A stretch of DNA of 64,000 nucleotides from Tubiluchus corallicola (Eukaryota > Animalia > Priapulida), in NCBI GenBank assembly GCA_030141605.1, contig JAQGDQ010000272.1:1-64000 (forward strand), given 5' to 3'. Below, piece by piece: positions 51,866-64,000 of the stretch. Below the pieces are notes generated by a model. The model was not told where the DNA came from, made no database searches, and saw only the letters and a list, made by a program, of their open reading frames with translations. The position numbers and the translations under genes are program-made. Within the stretch, counting starts at the first letter, position 1, and the number at the start of each line of letters is the position of its first letter.

Positions 51866-53739
51866 AGTTAACTAATCACTCGAAATATTAAACAGAATAT
51901 CTCGAAAATGTTTTCAATACAACAAGCCGAGAAAAAGCGGCCGTACACTGATTACAGTGAAACACCTTACTTGAATGTGTCCGATAATGAGACTTCAAAT
52001 AATCTGAGTGAATAAAAGCAGCTTGACATTTATCACAGTTAAATAGTTTCACATCCGTGTGCATTAGTATAATTTTATGTTCTAACGTGTTTTAACTCGC
52101 CATACTGATTCTGGCTTCTTACCTTCTTGAGGATGTATGTACATCCAAATGCGATGAAGCCATTTCTGCCAAATCAGTGCCTTCGTCACAGAAGGACATC
52201 TGTAATAATGAGCTAGATTCCGATCCTGCCACAAAAATCAATTTTGAGGTCCTGCCATTGATTCCGACTTGCAGTATACCGAATTTTACTAAAAAAAAAC
52301 CTACGTTTGGTTTACCAATTGCGCAGACGCCTCTTATAGATACAGATATATGGGTTAATAGAGTTTCTTCAAATGATGATTTGCAAGTGTGTCAAAAGAT
52401 GGTGTTATGTGTGCAAAACACAAACCAAAAGTAATTAAAGTCGTGTAACTTTCATTTCTTTTCAGGTGATTTTTAGTATTGCTCAGAGAAAGCCCACGGA
52501 AATGGAAAAAACATAATTTGTATGTCTTTAGTTTGCTTCGGCAATACGCCTAAATTTGTTATTAGGTTCATTAATTGACTCTACAATCTTCCTGCAACAT
52601 TTTCACTGCCAAGTTAGAAAAGTTCATTGGGCAGACTGCTGCAGCTAGCCTCAAAATCACAGGTGTAGTGAAACAAATTATTGAAATTTATAATGATGGG
52701 CAAAAATGATGCTCTATAACTCGAATATATTCTTTTATTTGCCGAAACGTGTTAAATTTCAAGCAAGATATTTACCGAACCATATTAAATTCCTGCTTGC
52801 TGGGCTGACAATGAAGCCTGATCTTTCTCACTGTTCTAAAACACGTATGCACAATTATAGCGTTCAGGGTTTACACTTTACTGAGTTACCCACATTCTCT
52901 TACAGAATGTTCACCGGGCAGGTGACCAAGCATTGAGTATATAAAAAAATCAACTACAGCTGTAGACGTTTTTATGATGCAGTCAGGCTGAATTTCGAAC
53001 AAAGTAATTATGTGAGCGTCTGGAAGTAATAAACCGCCCTGTTCTTGCAGATGTAGCCTGACACAGATAAACAAAAAAGCGAAAAGGCCTAAGCAATCCA
53101 AACAACCTATGTTTAAAATGTTATTCTTGGATAGATAATGCAGGTTTAGCAGTGCTTTTTCTAAAGTAATGTGCAATCTGATTACAAGACTAAGTTGATT
53201 ATTAATTGATTCCATTACTTGTTACTATAAAAAGTAATCCGATTACAATAATACATTATTTTATACCCAACAGTGCCTGAGATACATTAGTTGGATAAAA
53301 TCATGCTATATTTGGAAGACCTAAGGTATATCTTTAATCTCCTTGCAATGTGGGGATGACATACGTGGTGCTTACATTACAACTAATGTAGAAGACCCGC
53401 AAGACAAAATACCGCACAAAAATACATTAGCCGCCGCAGATTTTTATCCCAAGCTGAACGATACGAGGATAGAACAATATCACTTTCAGTGAGGCCGACA
53501 ATAAGAATACTGTTTCCGTTTAATCGCCTGGGTAATATTTTTATCGCGCACCTAACCGGGAATTTTATAATTTTGTACGTGCAAATACTTACTTGACTCA
53601 CTCATATAAAAGCATATTTTTTAATTATAAAATCATTTTTGCGGGGTACACAGGACGCGCCATGTTTTCCACGGCAAACTCTGGCCAAGGTTGCCAGTTT
53701 GTATGATGCTCATTGTATTCTTCTTCAAAATCTCATTCC

Positions 53740-54075
53740 AGGTGTTGTAGGCATTGAGGTTTCAGCATTTAAGTTCTTCTACTCCTAAAATAGATTTGGT
53801 TGAAGTTGTTGAATAATTTTACTTAGCTATCCAAGTTATTTTAGGTTTACCAGGTGGTTTTTGCAAGGTTTTAAGGCTTCCTTTAAGGCGATTCTTACTG
53901 GTGCTTCATTTGGTAATCTTAGAAGATGTCCTAGCCATCTTAATCTTCGGATCTTGACTTTTGAACTCCAAGAAATTTCTTTTGTTCTGGTATATAAATC
54001 TTCATTTTTGATTATGTATGGCCATCTTATCTTTAAAACTTTCCTACGGAGACTTCTATGGTTGTTTCCAATGTT
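53740..54075 (-). mobile_element. RTE-clade LINE 3' fragment
   Basis: RKVLKIRWPYIIKNEDLY..KIRRLRWLGHLLRLPNEAPVRIAL..KPPGKPKITW. Confidence 0.8.
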
Positions 54076-54479
54076 CTGAGCAAGACGAAGTGCCGTGGGA
54101 AGCCGTGAAAGACGAGAAGGCGCGGAAGAAAAAATATGAACAAAAGTGGAGGCTTCCCGTGTTTATATTAATGCCAATTGTTGCCTTGGCTTTATTTCTT
54201 TTCTTTCATTGTGCGAACAATTCCATAAAGGCAAAACGAGCAAAAAATTGCAGGAGCAAACCAGATGACACAACACAGTATAGATATGTGTGAACTGTAT
54301 ACGTACATGTGTATATATGATTTGTGCAATACTTAAATAGGTATTTGTTGTGCTACTCGCGGTTTTCTGTTATTTATATGTTAGCTAATAAAGGTTTCAT
54401 ATTAACTGATACTGTATCATTTTGAACAGTTTGTCTCTAAAAAGCACAAGAAAACACTTCATAAATAAAGCGTAAAATA

Positions 54480-54830
54480 TTCGTTTTGAAATTTTATATC
54501 ACTTACGTGCTGTCTTAGTGCATAAACGGCTTGCGTTACCAGTGTATGAGATTTTAATTTAAATTCCTACGATGACCGTTAGGTGCAACCGCTTTAACGC
54601 TAGGTCTTTTGAAACAAGTTTAGATAACATTGAACAAAGATTGAAAACTGAGCAATAACATCACTAACTGAGCAAAAGTTTAAATTACCTTATAATGTCA
54701 CTAAGAACAATAATGTGTTTTTTGTGAGCCATTGGTGCACAATGGAAGGGCAACGCAGTGCAGTTTTACTTGGTGGCACGAACATTTAAAATTATTAGGA
54801 ATTTTCCTTTCAAACTACATAAGTTTGTGA
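54480..54830 (+). repeat. Dispersed repeat, copy 2 (see 10545-10900)
   Basis: Collinear similarity to copy 1. Confidence 0.7.
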
Positions 54831-56069
54831 GCATAATATAAGTAATACAACTTTGTATGGAAATTGCCTTTTCCCCTTTCTTTCCCTTTAAAAGTAAAGG
54901 GAATATCACTCATTTCATTTTTTAAGAACTAAAGCACCTCTCACAACGTTTCATATTTGTGTTAGAAGCACCGTCACCCCTAAAGTGTAATCAGCTGCTA
55001 CCTTTAATAAAAACAAATACGTACAGTAGGTTTTGTGAATTCAATTTTTTAAACTGCTAATCTATAGACTGAACAGCAGCAGCTGTAAACAACTGCAGCA
55101 ACTGCACACAAGTGTAATGAAACGTTGTGTAAACGCATTAATCAATGTTCTATTAGCAAACAATGCAGATATTAATGTTCAGCAAGGTCTAGTTCATTTA
55201 TCTAAGGGAAACCTTAATGAAGCTTCCTGCACTCACTAATTAACCTATTTTGCTTACTGTTTGTGTCGGCTTATGCTTGACGAACATAACAGAAATAGGA
55301 TCTATAATTGTGCTTAGTAATTACCAATCGTAATTAATTTATCGAGATGGGTAATCTGAAACCATTCTTTTTATTCTGATAAAGTGGTGTGAATTTTCAG
55401 GAAGGACAAGGACATGCATGAAACACGTTAATGATGTGCACAGTGCATAGACGAAGGCTTAATCTCATCTGACGCCGAGATAAATTAAAGTATTTTACTG
55501 TGACGCACGTGACGTAGATTCAAAACGTGGCTGTCTAAAAACAATTAGAAACACTATCATGTCTCAGCGTACAGGATTCACTTCAGCAGTATCTTCAGTA
55601 CTTCTAGACCAGTTTTAATTTTAGCAAATGAAGACAAAGGAACGCACGGAAAAATGTGCAGAAGCGCGTGTTCTCCGAATGAAAATTAATTCATAACCTG
55701 TTGACATAAAAATCATTCAATCACTCCTAATTAATGACAAAAATGTAATATTTCACAAATAATACTTACAGTATGGCGTTTGCCGCCAGCAGCATTACAT
55801 TTAAGTACGAGTGTTATTAACGCACTTTTGTCCAATAAAACTAGTATTTGTTATAATACACAGTTAGAATATTACAATAATTATGAATAATTTCTTAAAT
55901 TCTATATAATAAGACACGGTCCGCGTGACGCCTACAATGAGTCATATTGGCAAGCTTTTTGGCAATAGCCAAATAGGCAAAAGCTATTTTGACGAATTGT
56001 CAAATTTGTTGGAAAAAATTAACTGGTGTACAATAATTACCATTTACAACAGCAATGCGACAATCTGCT

Positions 56070-56142
56070 GGGTTATGTGACCGAATGGTTTAGATTACGA
56101 ACTGCAACCACGCAGTCTCGAGTTCGATACTAGCGACTGCCA
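56070..56142 (+). mobile_element. tRNA-derived SINE head
   Basis: A-box-like tgaccgaatgg and B-box-like gagttcgatac. Confidence 0.4.
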
Positions 56143-56419
56143 GCGCCAGGGGTTCGCCATATACCCTGTTATTCGTTAAAATTCGTGTTGCAGCCTTACC
56201 TGCGTTATTGTAAGTGTAAGTGTAAATAAATCTTGTTTTTGTCTTTTTTGTCAAATCATTAAGGTCAGTGCTTAGGCCTACGTCTATCAGTTATTATAGG
56301 TTTCATAGCCGTTGCGAAGCGTACCTGAGCCATAAGATATTGAACGCTAGTGCCACTAAGTATTTGAGCTACCCAAGTAATAAAATAACGCCAAATCTAT
56401 TCATATGGCGTGTATCAAT

Positions 56420-57530
56420 CGTCCAATGACATTACGTCGTCCACCTTCTGCCGCCAAATGGTACGTTCTTTTGTCACTCTCAACGAATATAGTATTAATG
56501 CTAGAGATTTTCCATTGGGATCTGTTTGTGTGAAATCCATCCGAGTGAGCAATCTACCTCCCCTTGGCTTCTTTGATGATTGAACCAATGGCGGCTCGTT
56601 TATAGGTACTGTGCTACTGCAGCACCCCCTGTTTTCACTCATTATTATCGATAATATTCAATATAATAATCTTTTTTCTTTAGTTATTTCTTTATACTTG
56701 TGCGGAGCCGAGCACATGAAGGAAGTACAATTTGTTTCACAGCCCAAGCAACGCGAGGTTTGGCTGCTGTGCGCATGCGGCTATCGCAGATGTCTGAGAT
56801 AAGACGCTGTACTTTATTTAGAGAGTACTGCAGTACGTGTTGTCAGTTGCCACGTGCTTAAAAGCCGTTTATCGGCATATTCTTGAACTGCGACAATTTA
56901 GGCTATTCGTAAGAAAACAATATTTTTAGAAGTTTATCAAGTTTATGTTTAAATTGAATTGTTTGTTTAAAATTACAACATTATAATTACATATGTTTGT
57001 TTCGTTTTACACAGTATTAGAACAATGGCTAAAAAAATAATTTTGCAGCTCCCCACTAATTTTAGCTACGAGCCGCCACTGGATTGAACTGATTCGTGGA
57101 AAGCTTTAATAAATGGACTATCTTCTCAGAGTATGACCCACCCAGTTAAGTCCTCTACGTTTTATCTTCCTGATCCATTTTTCTTCCAAGACCTTGTCCT
57201 ACAAATCTTTGTTACTTACAACATTTGGCCATTTTATTTGCAATAATGATCTGTATAAACGTTGTTGAAAAGCATCAATCTCCACCTGATTATTTACTTC
57301 CAAGATACACAATTCCGAATTGCAGAAAAATGGAAGCTATGGAAGTTTAAGCTTAGACTAATATTCTTATTGCTGAGATAGTTTTGAGAAAGTTGCTAGT
57401 GCCAATATTTTCCTTCTTATTATATCATCTTCAGTGCCTAACAGACTGCCAACGTATTTACTGTTATAGTGCCGTATCTTTGTGACAACTTGACGAATCT
57501 TCAGTATCATTATTCTTCATGTAGCGAAGT
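56420..57530 (-). mobile_element. RTE-clade LINE 3' fragment in two pieces (57090-57530 and 56420-56640)
   Basis: KYVGSLLGTEDDIIRRK, IDAFQQRLYRSLLQIKWPNVVSNKDL, IKRRGLNWVGHTLR; then KKPRGGRLLT.MD..TKERTIWRQKV. Confidence 0.7.
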
Positions 57531-58161
57531 TTACTGAGCTGAGTTGTTCAGTTGTCAATATGAGTTATTGTACCGACTAACAAAAATGATCACATTCACT
57601 AATAATATTGCTCGGCTAACAATAGTGAGGAAGTATTATTTATAACAATAATAGAAAAATTATTATTGCGCAATACTAGAAAATTCTACACTTCTGATTG
57701 GACATGTATAATTTTGTACTGTAACAGCGACACTGGGCTTTTCTTGCTAGGTACTTCTAAAATAGTGATATAACGTAATTTTATGCGCCCACGCTATGAC
57801 ACAACGGCTGCAATAAAATTCTATTGGTTCAGTGGCTGGCGAGGTATAACACGCCATTTTTCAAAATTTTGTCCACTATTCCGAGCAGTTTAGCTGCTAT
57901 ACAGGCATAACCAAGCTTCTGCGTTTAAAAGAAAACCGGACGATTGATGAGACTCAATCTCATTTAAATTTACAATGTGCAATGGTAGGCATCTACCCTG
58001 CGCATAAGCAAAGATTGCTATAAGACGCTGGTGTGATGTCACGAAAATGAGCTCTACGTTACACTGACACTGACGCCACAGAACACTGCAATTCATGCTT
58101 GTCACGGCAGCGCACCTATTTATCGGCCACGCGAATGTGACAAAAACGCCATTGCCAGTCT

Positions 58162-58192
<31 letters not shown>

Positions 58193-59825
58193 ATCTTTAT
58201 TTGCCATTAAAAACATTGATAATCACTGATAAAAACTTTACAGAGATAATCAATCAGTGTTAGTTAATAAAAACTTACACTGCTGAAGGCAAATGTGTCA
58301 GTGCAATCTAAACTACTGTGCAGTAATGACGAATAAAATCAAACATATTGCATGCGCAAGTCACTTGCTATAGCGGTGGGTTTGGGTCCACCATGGTGTG
58401 TTTTGTGTTAACAGGTTGTCGTTTGGGGTAGGTACGGCGTAGTTTGAACCTGATTATTTATCTTTTGTATTTCTTTCTCTGCACTCCGTCCTAGTGGAAT
58501 GCAAAGCGGCAAGAAGCTGACTGTCAGCGTCTTCGCGCCTGACCCGCGCCCCAGGAGGGCTGTTTACAACCATACACAAAAAAAAAACTATGATTTAATT
58601 AATATGGCCGTGGGTAAATGAATTCTGAATTAGTGTGTATGTTGTCGTACTGGTGTGATGGTGTTTCATATCTGGTTAATATTAGTGATTTTAATTTTGT
58701 TTTAAATGCTGATAGGGACTTGATTTGTTTAACCTGTAATGGTAGAGAATTCCAAAGTAAAATTGCTTGTTTGATTACAGAGTTCGTTCCATAGTGGGTA
58801 TTTGTCCTAATTTGTTTTAGATTGCTTGTTCTGGAATTAACGATAGGATTTGGAAAAAAGGTAAATCTGTTATTCTGGAATGGTTTGCTGATGTTGTTAA
58901 TGTATTTAAATATGAAAAGCAGAGTAAAATATTCTTTGTGTGCTTCAATGATTGGGAATTTTAAAGTTTTTCTCAGGTTAGTTGTTGAAGCTTTGAATTT
59001 TTGCCTACCTGCCTTATGTTTGTATGAGTACCCAGCTATCAATCTTAACGCATAGTTTTGAAGGAGATTTAATTTTAAGTAATTTTCTCTTTTGGTTTTT
59101 TGAAGTAGCGTACATCCGTATAAGAAGTGTGGTAGAACTAAAATTTTATATATTAGTGTTTTAGTTTCCTTTGTTAGTTGCCCTTTAACTTGTCGGAGAT
59201 ATGATGTGCTAGATGCCATTTTTGTGTATATGTTATTAAAGTGTTCATCCCATGAAAGATTATTGTCTACCTGTATGCCTAGGAATTTAACATTGTTAGT
59301 TTGTTTGATTACAGCATTATCTATTGTCAAAGTGGTTGATAATGCATCATTAGTATTTAATGAGGGTGACAGTATGATGAATTCTGTTTTGTCATTATTC
59401 ATTTTTAGCTTGTAATGACTAAATGCCATATTAATATTTTTTTATATCTTCCTCTAAATAATTTTTTGCAGTTTGGACATTTTCATGGGCTATGTAGATT
59501 GTAGTGTCATCAGCGTATTGCGTTATTTGTGAGTGTTTTAATACACTGGATATGTTGTTTATATATAGGCAAAATAATAACGGACCTAGTAGTGTTCCTT
59601 GCGGTATACCTCTGTTTAACGTGGCCCAGTCAGAAAAGTTGGTTGTATCTAACTTTACTCGTTGTTGTCTATCTTTGAGATAATTTTGTATCAGTTTTAA
59701 CGATATCGAATCTAATCCGATTTGTTTTAAATTATCGTAAAGTAGTTCGTGATTAATGCTATCGAAAGCTTTACTTAAATCCAAAAATGCTGCTAAAATG
59801 TATTGCTTGTTGTCTAAGCTTGTAG
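58162..59825 (-). mobile_element. 5'-truncated CR1/L2-group LINE: RT domain to 3' UTR and (TA)n tail; one frameshift near 59430
   Basis: FLDLSKAFDSINH, GIPQGTLLGPLLF.LYIN, QYADDT, KMNNDKT, VKFLGIQVDNNLSW, LWNSLP..AFKTKLK. Stop at 58599. The 3' UTR ends AATAAAgatta followed by (TA)n. Confidence 0.93.
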
Positions 59826-60604
59826 TCTTAATAAATTTGCTGAGCCGCGTGTAGCTTTGAAAGTTTAACGAAATTTAACTATCTGAAGTAATTATTATTT
59901 AGTCTGAGCTTTGATTTAGAAAAGCTGTAGTTGTTTTCAGTATTTTAGAGCATACTTTATTTTGAAATAATGTATACACAATCGTCCGGTTTTCCTTTAA
60001 AGCGTAAGCTGAAAAGCTTTTACCTTTGCGCATATCGTGTTCACTTACAATGCCAATCTAGTATTGGAACTATACCTCATAATCTACCTCTTGTGGAATA
60101 CGAGTTTTGCACTACGTTTGTGGACCATGTATCCGAAATCAACCGGACTACATACGTGGTATAAAATCTGTATATCAATAATAATCACTATCCGCGAAAT
60201 CTGACCCTATGGAAAGGAAAACCGGACCAACTTTTTTTTAACTACTGCTGTTGTAATTCATATTTGGTACTATGTTCTTTGTATTTTTTCTTTAAAGTAA
60301 CTTCATAGCTTTAAATGAAAACCGGACTTTTCTTAAACTATATCTCAGAGCAATCTACCCTACAAATATTGAAAGGGAACATACTACTTTTTCAAGAATG
60401 ACTTACGTAAAGGAATTATTACCACAGAAGCATATTTTCGCGTTCGCGCGGTTAGTTCTTGGTTGTTGCCACTCCCTAGTTAGATGGATACTAGCATCTG
60501 CATCTCGGAAACGCGTTGCACAAAAAAAATCGTGAGTGCCTCTCAGTCATGAGTCGTACAAATCATGCGTGAGCACAGAGGTAAATTTGAAATTTATATT
60601 TTAA

Positions 60605-61032
60605 AGGAAAGGTCAAGCCTTCTATGAGGTTAGGCTTATTTCACTATTCGCAAAAAATGTTAGGATTTAGTAATAAAACTGCAACAAGAGCTTCGTGTAA
60701 ATAGTAAAATCACTTTAAAGTCGCGATCACTTCCTGCTTCGGCGCGCCCATTTTCAATGGCCATTCTTCTTACAATGACGTCATTCGTCTTGAAGTAAAG
60801 TAGCGCATTGTCAATCTTCATCAATTAAAAGTATAATAAGTCACGAAGTCTCCCAGTTCCATCCTGATTTTTAAGTGAATGGCAGCAACCACCATGCCTA
60901 AAAATTCCTATTCAGAGGTTGCATATTTTAAATTTATGATTTACAGAGTTCTTTGCCATTTTTTGTTATTTTTTTAAGTTTAAGTGTTAACAGTAAAATA
61001 AATCCATCATACTGAGTGACTTGTTCTTTCCT
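60605..61032. mobile_element. Kolobok-like MITE with TTAA target duplication
   Basis: TTAA|AGGAAAGGTCAAGCC ... GACTTGTTCTTTCCT|TTAA with imperfect internal inverted arms. Related AGGAAAAC ends occur at ~59985, 60213, 60312 and 61430. Confidence 0.65.
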
Positions 61033-61744
61033 TTAAACTTAAAATTTACCTAATTTTTGATATATCACACAGAATGTTGAACACTGTATTTCAAATTTTC
61101 CTTTCGCAAACACGTGCAACACACTCATGGAATTTTTGTGCTGTTGAAAATTACTTATATTCAATTGTACATAACTTTGTGAATGCTTTTAGAAATTTTA
61201 AACACATCCCTACATATAGAGGGAATGTATTCTGTACATAGTTTTTAAAAATAAAGAATTATAATAATAAATAATGTACATCACTAATTGGGCTCTGTCG
61301 CCGTTAGTAAAGTTTTTAGCCTATTATTAAATAACAGAAATGCTTTGGCATTATTATACGTAGATGATAAAATGTATGCTTTTTATCATACTTAAAAATG
61401 GGGTATAGGATTTGAAAAATTATCCAGTTTTCCTTTAATACTAATAACGTTTACATGTAACTCACGTTAATTTGTTCACACTAGGACAAAGTTAATTTAT
61501 ATTGACATTAAATTTCGCTCAGTTAGTACACTAAATGGGCAAAACATCGTGGACTCACAACATATGGCGGTGACGTTACATATATACCTGTCAACAACAA
61601 CTGCTTCAGCTGCAACAAAATCGCTTTTTGTATTCAGAAATTAACCCATTGAGTTGGTTAATGCCACTTGAACAGCAGGTCAGTCGGCCCGTCAATTGGC
61701 TAATTGGTTAGTCAGTCGGCAGATAAGGAAACAGGTAGTAGATA

Positions 61745-61831
61745 AGTACATTGATTGATAGATACAGATGGACAGACAGAACAACAGAGAAAGAGAAAGA
61801 GACGGACAGAGAGAGAGAGAAAAGAAGAGAG

Positions 61832-61866
<35 letters not shown>
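61745..61866. repeat. GATA/GACA/(GA)n simple-repeat tract
   Basis: Direct reading. Confidence 0.85.
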
Positions 61867-61870
<4 letters not shown>

Positions 61871-63399
61871 TATAATTTGCCTTTTCAATATTTTCGCAGT
61901 TTTGGATAGTATTTAACTGGTACTGAATTTTTCGATGTTACATCAAGAAAACTTCTTATATTGACATCTCGTAAAAATTCGAGCTTATTTCTCTGAGACG
62001 ATGTTCGTGACATGAGGCTACTCGCCTAAAGTTCTGCCTAAGGCACATTAATGATTGCAGCGGATACATCAATTACCCAAGCTAATTTATTACTCCACAC
62101 TCTTAGAGCATGCGTTTCTCATATTCTAGTATTCTAGAATCAAACGCTCAGCCTGCGCAGTCATCTTACATATAGCATCAGTTATTAAATCGTTTGTCAT
62201 CAATGCTTCCGTCACATGAGACAAGTTGGTTGCTGCTGAACATTCTGATATTTCAGTAATCTATTAAAACAATGTCTAAGGCGCAACGGTGAATTTCGAT
62301 TGGCGATACTTATCTGGTTTACACAATAAGTTGCAATAACGGCATGAAAAGATGGCGTTGTTAGTTCCCGGACAGCCGGGTTCATAGGTGAGTAAACTTT
62401 CACAGCATTTTACAGTGCATGGTTTGCAATATTTTTAGTATTTGCTGGTCTCATTACGAGCTCAAAGGACCCTAAGCGCTGAAGAATTATGGTACCTCAC
62501 GTGTGTGTAATTCAGAATGAAAAAAAGTTGCAGTAAGATTTATTTACAGTAAATGCTAGGGCATCAGCTTTACATTGCTTAAAAAGTGATATTAGATAGA
62601 AAATACATCTTGCAATGTGTTACGACACATTATATAATCAATTAATATCATGTCATCATGGGCAGTAAGCAGCTCAAGCTACTCAGTAGCCAGAACCTCG
62701 ATGTCCATCCCTACCGTCATATTCAAAACAAACACGTTAACTGCCACACATACGTATTTCGATATGTTTTACTATTGGGTAATTATTCAATTTGAAAAAA
62801 CAGTGTGGGCTCTCTTCCCCTGAGCTCCCAAGAACGTGCTAATTTTACTTTAATCCAAGGCTGAGGATTTGGAGTACAAACATTCTACAGGTTAAAATGT
62901 TTCATTTTTCTCAATAGATGTTACTACGTTTTGTATACTAGCGCCATTACTAGCATTCTTTACACATTGATTGAACAAGCTAGTGCATCTTTAATTATCG
63001 ACTGTGTGGAAGGTATTAAATAGTGGTATAAGTACACGATTTTTTAAAGTATATATTCAGAGAGTTTAAAGTCCTACTATTGTATAAGCACGATTATTCG
63101 AAAAAAATTAAAAACTGCAGCGTCGAACTACATTAAAAATGGTAGTTCATTAATTTATTATTTCCGTACCATCGTATGAAAGAGGTGGAAAATGAAAAAC
63201 TATGAAGCATAAATAGTCTGAACTTAGTGGAAATATTGCCATAGCTTTATGCAAGCTCTTCCTTTTAATGCAGCGTGTTTTAAACCATTTCAGTAGCCGA
63301 CAATAAAAAGACGTCACAACGAAAATGCCACATATTGTTGTTGACGTCACGGTATAGAAGCTCAACATTTCCATTTCATTTCTGGAGTCACACATCCTC

Positions 63400-63810
63400 T
63401 GACATGACTCTTAGACCACGCTGCCTTGTCACCCACAACCTCCTATGTATTTTTGATATCTAATGGTGTGTTGATAAGATCTTTTTAGATGAAATTAATG
63501 TAAGCCAGCAGCTGTTCTCCTTGTGGTTCCTTTTCTTTCTTGAGTACTTCTTTGAATACTAGTTTTAATGAGCTGTCATCTCGTCGCCGCATAACATGTC
63601 CTATTTATCTTTATCTTCTCCTTTTGATTTTAACTGTCCATTCTTCTGCCTTGACCTTATTATGCAGATCCTAGTTTGATATTTTCTTCGGCCATTTTAT
63701 TCCTAGAATGTTCCTGTAGCTTCTTCTTTGAAATGTATCTATTTCTGATTTGCGATGTGCTTTGATTTTACACATTTCTGAGTTCTAGAGACACACAGTT
63801 TCCACAAGAA
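63400..63810 (-). mobile_element. RTE-clade LINE 3' fragment
   Basis: EIDTFQRRSYRNILGIKWPKKISN*DLH..WTVKIKRR..IGHVMRR. Confidence 0.75.
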
Positions 63811-64000
63811 GCTTAACAATGTATTACAAAATTTGTCGTGAATTTAACACTTGAGTAATTATTATTGTATGCAGACTAATGACACGCATGGCCACACTAT
63901 TATTCTTATAAAAATGAACGAGAGAGGTTGACAATGTTTCTAGTGATTAACAACTTTTCTTCAATAATAACACCCTAAATTCCTACTTATGCTTGCTGAT

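Noticed and set aside
56415-56642. 75-aa ORF as a novel small protein
   Set aside because: Matches the RTE ORF C-terminus pattern (KPRGG..T.MD; ERTIWR) and continues the fragment at 57.1-57.5 kb.

Overview
AT-rich, intron-rich genomic DNA from an animal, probably an invertebrate; the taxon cannot be fixed from the sequence. One gene looks intact: a minus-strand cyclic-nucleotide-gated channel alpha subunit (CNGA-like, 4 coding exons, 4211-10114, 691 aa by my splicing). Its long 5' region holds several RFX X-box-like motifs. Three multi-exon or nested genes are decaying. (1) A zeta-crystallin/NADPH:quinone oxidoreductase (CRYZ-like, minus, 28467-34242) has a broken exon-2 donor, a frameshifted exon 7 and a duplicated first exon. 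(2) A secreted trypsin-family serine protease (plus, 39333-~46242) has frameshifts and no GDSGGP. (3) A C2H2 zinc-finger gene (minus, ~50600-51865) is interrupted by a hAT fragment. The rest is mostly transposon debris: CR1/L2-group and RTE LINE fragments, a BEL/Pao fragment, solo LTRs, Kolobok-like MITEs, foldback elements, tRNA-derived SINE heads and microsatellites. I found no prokaryotic-type system such as CRISPR or an operon, and no clearly novel system. The most unusual structures are a hairpin built from three tRNA-Leu primer-binding-site-like units (~45.0-45.3 kb), the X-box cluster, and the salvageable-looking CRYZ lesions. All family calls come from recalled motifs, not database searches.
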